Shown here piece after piece: positions 61,609-64,000 of a DNA stretch of 64,000 nucleotides; positions within the stretch are counted from its first letter, which is position 1; the number at the start of each line of letters is the position of its first letter. The notes beneath the pieces are model-generated. The model saw only the letters and a program-made list of their open reading frames with translations, was not told the DNA's origin and did no database searches. Source of the stretch: Escherichia coli (lineage in GTDB: Bacteria > Pseudomonadota > Gammaproteobacteria > Enterobacterales > Enterobacteriaceae); the NCBI RefSeq assembly GCF_011045215.1, contig NZ_CP049202.1; one strand, written 5' to 3'. The position numbers and the translations under genes were made by a program.

Positions 61609-63300
61609 AGGCTCTTATTGTGTTAACCACGAAATTAATCCAGCATCGTTGTCCGGCAACCTCTGTTCCAACTTTTCCCTGTCATGCTGGATCAGGTGTC
61701 TTAGCTGAGCCACTGTTACTGGTACTGTCCACCTCCACCGCATAACAGGCCGAAGCCACAACATTCATAGAAAATGTTGTTTTTTATCTCCCTTCTCGCC
61801 GCCTCTGTCAAAGCCAAGGGTCATGTACAGGCAATAAAGAACCTTTAGGGGAATGTCACGAACGGTGCAAAAATGGTTCTTCCGCAACTTGGGGGAAGGA
61901 AAGAAAAAGGATCTAAGCTGTTTTAAGTTATGGGTAACGCAATGCACTCTCTTAAGACACTTCTACAGTTACCTTGCAGATGGCAATGCAGTCGACAAAT
62001 AATTAGCTCTGACGGTATAACCCTCCATCTCCGCGGAAAACGCAAAACAGCACAATGCCCTGAATGCTTTAAGCGTAGCGATTCTGTTCATAGTTGTCGC
62101 CGGCTGGATACAGCATCTACCCTGTGCAGGCCAGACGCTATGGCTTGTATTTTCCGTCCGCCACTAGTACTGCCGTAACCCAGCTTGTTCACGTAAAATT
62201 TTTGCCGAGTCGCTTGCTCCCTTCGCCGGTTCACACCAGCAGTCTTCACTGGCATTACAAAATTTGCAACGTCAACTGGGATTAATAGCCGGAGGTGAGG
62301 CCGGAAAACGAGCAGCAACGGCAGTGGGTCTCCGTTGCAGTGCAGATACTCTTCTTCGCAGGGTTATCAATACCCCGGAGACGAGACTGTCAGGCGCGCT
62401 CCATGTCAGTATTAATGAGTGGAGGTGGCCATCGGGGCCACCGTTACGGTACGTTAATTGTCAATCTTGATACTCACCGTCCCCTCGCCCTGCTTCCCGG
62501 CCGTGAGCAGTGTACACTGGCCACCAGGTTCAGAAAATATCCGGAAATACAGGTTGTCTCGCGTGATCGTAGTGGAGTCTATGCGACAGCAGCATGTGAG
62601 GGTGCACCTCAGGCCAGGCAGGTGGCTGATCGATGGCATCTGCTAAATAATATTGACGATGCGCCTGAACGAATGATGTACAGACATATACCTCTGATAC
62701 TCTTGTTGCCCCAAAGAAATCACCTGAGCCATAACTGCCTGTGCCTGCAGCATCGCTCCGTTGTCCGGAATGCCTTAAACAGCAAACCAGCAAAAAACGG
62801 CATCAGCGTTGGACAAAGGTTATGGCCCTGCATAACAAGGGATGTAGTTTCAGGGAAATATCCCGTATTACAAGCCTGCCGCGTGTGACAGTCAGTCGCT
62901 GGGTGCGTTCAGGAACATTCCCTGAAATGTCAACCATGCCTCCAAAGCGAGGGCTTCTGGCCTCATTTAGAGAGTGGTTAAAAGAGCAACGAGAAAGTGG
63001 TAATTATAACGCCAGCCGGATATGGCGGCCCGGGGTTTACAGGCAGTGAAACCATCGTCAGGGATGCTGTTGCCAAATGGCGTAAAGGTTGGATCCAACC
63101 GGTTACTACTGCCGCCAGACTTCCTTCAGTGTCCTGAGTAAGCCGCTGGTTGATGCCCTAGAGAAGTATGTACAACTGGACCAGAGTAAAGCACACCTTG
63201 CTGTCACGGGTGACCGGCCAGATACATGAATCTGCAGATAGATATATCATCAGAGACACCCTTTTATTTCGCGAATAAGTGTCTGTAATAACGCCGATGC
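61609..63300 (+). mobile_element. Decayed ISL3-family insertion sequence (transposase broken into several frames)
   Basis: Candidate IR ggctcttattg at 61609. Fragments carry zf-ISL3-like CPEC...VHS..RR and the DDE region HRYGTLIVNLDTHRPLALLPGRE...VVSRDRSGVYA...QVADRWHLLNN. Confidence 0.6.
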
Positions 63301-63721
63301 CAACCAGTTCACAACTTTTCCATTGAAGCAGTCCACCACCTGTGATAACCAGACTTTGCCTGTAGTCTGTATACACAATCCCTGGCATTGAAACACGCAT
63401 ATGAGGTGTACTTCGGAATATGACCGTGCGCTCAGGAAGTACGGCAGATTCCGTCAAAAATTACCTGTAAAGACAGACTTCAGAAAAAACAGTGCTCGCC
63501 GCAGACCGGTGACCGGGCGAAGCCCGCGAACCGGCGAGGAAGCGCAATGGATCTGTAGTTACAGTGAGCAGGTACGCCCTGAAGCCTTCATAATCGGTAG
63601 TGTGTGTTGTTTTTCTGGAATGATTTATCCACATATCCGGAGGCCCGATCCAGTAAACAGATCCATGAATGATCAACAAAGGATCCATTAAAGATCCCCA
63701 TATCGCTGTCAACCTTGTCAC
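63300..63721 (-). mobile_element. Possible remnant of an rve/IS3-like transposase C-terminus
   Basis: Weak resemblance only (LLIIHGS..., YTDYRQSLVITGGG). Multiple frames. Confidence 0.25.
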
Positions 63722-64000
63722 TCATGGGCCGGGACCACGTTCACATAAGCGGTGGCATGTTATGGATAAACTGTAACAGGTTCATGATAAGCTGTATTCA
63801 GTAATGCATATACTGAAGTAAGTTAATGACATAAACTATGGTCAGTACGCCAGACTCAGTTGTTAAATACAGACTGCAGGTTTTTCTTCAGTCAGTTGAC
63901 GGGGTTCTGACACACGATTTTCTGTTTATTCTTTTACTGTCCACAGGCAGGAGGCTTTCTGGAAAACGAAAATTCAGACATCAAAAAACTGTTCGGCGAG

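Noticed and set aside
63722-64000. Possible gene start at the right edge (aggaggctttCTGgaaaacgaaaattcagacatcaaaaaactgttcggcgag)
   Set aside because: A good SD-like AGGAGG is present, but there is no canonical start codon at the right distance and the frame runs off the window. It cannot be called.

Overview
This window is most of an F-like (IncF, MOBF/MPF-F) conjugative plasmid of Enterobacteriaceae. All calls rest on reading the ORF translations, recalled family signatures and synteny with F/R100; no database search was run.

Layout:
- 244-37582 (minus strand): finO, then a complete tra/trb operon, traX-traI-traD ... traA-traY-traJ-traM. Low-GC cargo ORFs sit in several intergenic slots.
- ~37583-37960: oriT, with the F-type nic sequence at 37914-37927. 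The + strand is the transferred strand.
- 38.0-51.5 kb: leading region. It holds orf169 transglycosylase, DUF932, hok/mok/sok, psiA, psiB, a ParB-like gene, ssb, klcA/ardB-like, an orphan DPPY methyltransferase, DUF1380 paralogs and a DUF1281-like gene. Every gene except orf169 is on the strand complementary to the T-strand.
- 51.5-57.6 kb: LexA-box-controlled impCAB (impB frameshifted), a divergent double partition locus (ParM/ParR plus a small ParA/RHH pair), and resD-ccdB-ccdA.
- 58.1-61.3 kb: an AT-rich orphan gene for a 1043-aa membrane-anchored protein.
- 61.6-63.7 kb: decayed IS remnants.

Most interesting signals:
1. Five long imperfect hairpins in the T-strand. Two lie inside ~555-bp near-identical direct repeats. 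Each sits just upstream of a block of leading-region genes and resembles Frpo/ssi single-stranded-DNA promoters driving an early establishment/anti-defence island.
2. The 1043-aa orphan.
3. Several uncharacterised cargo cassettes embedded in the tra operon.
4. Six inactivating lesions confined to accessory genes: two in-frame stops and four frameshifts, three of them at homopolymers.

No rRNA, tRNA or CRISPR array was seen.
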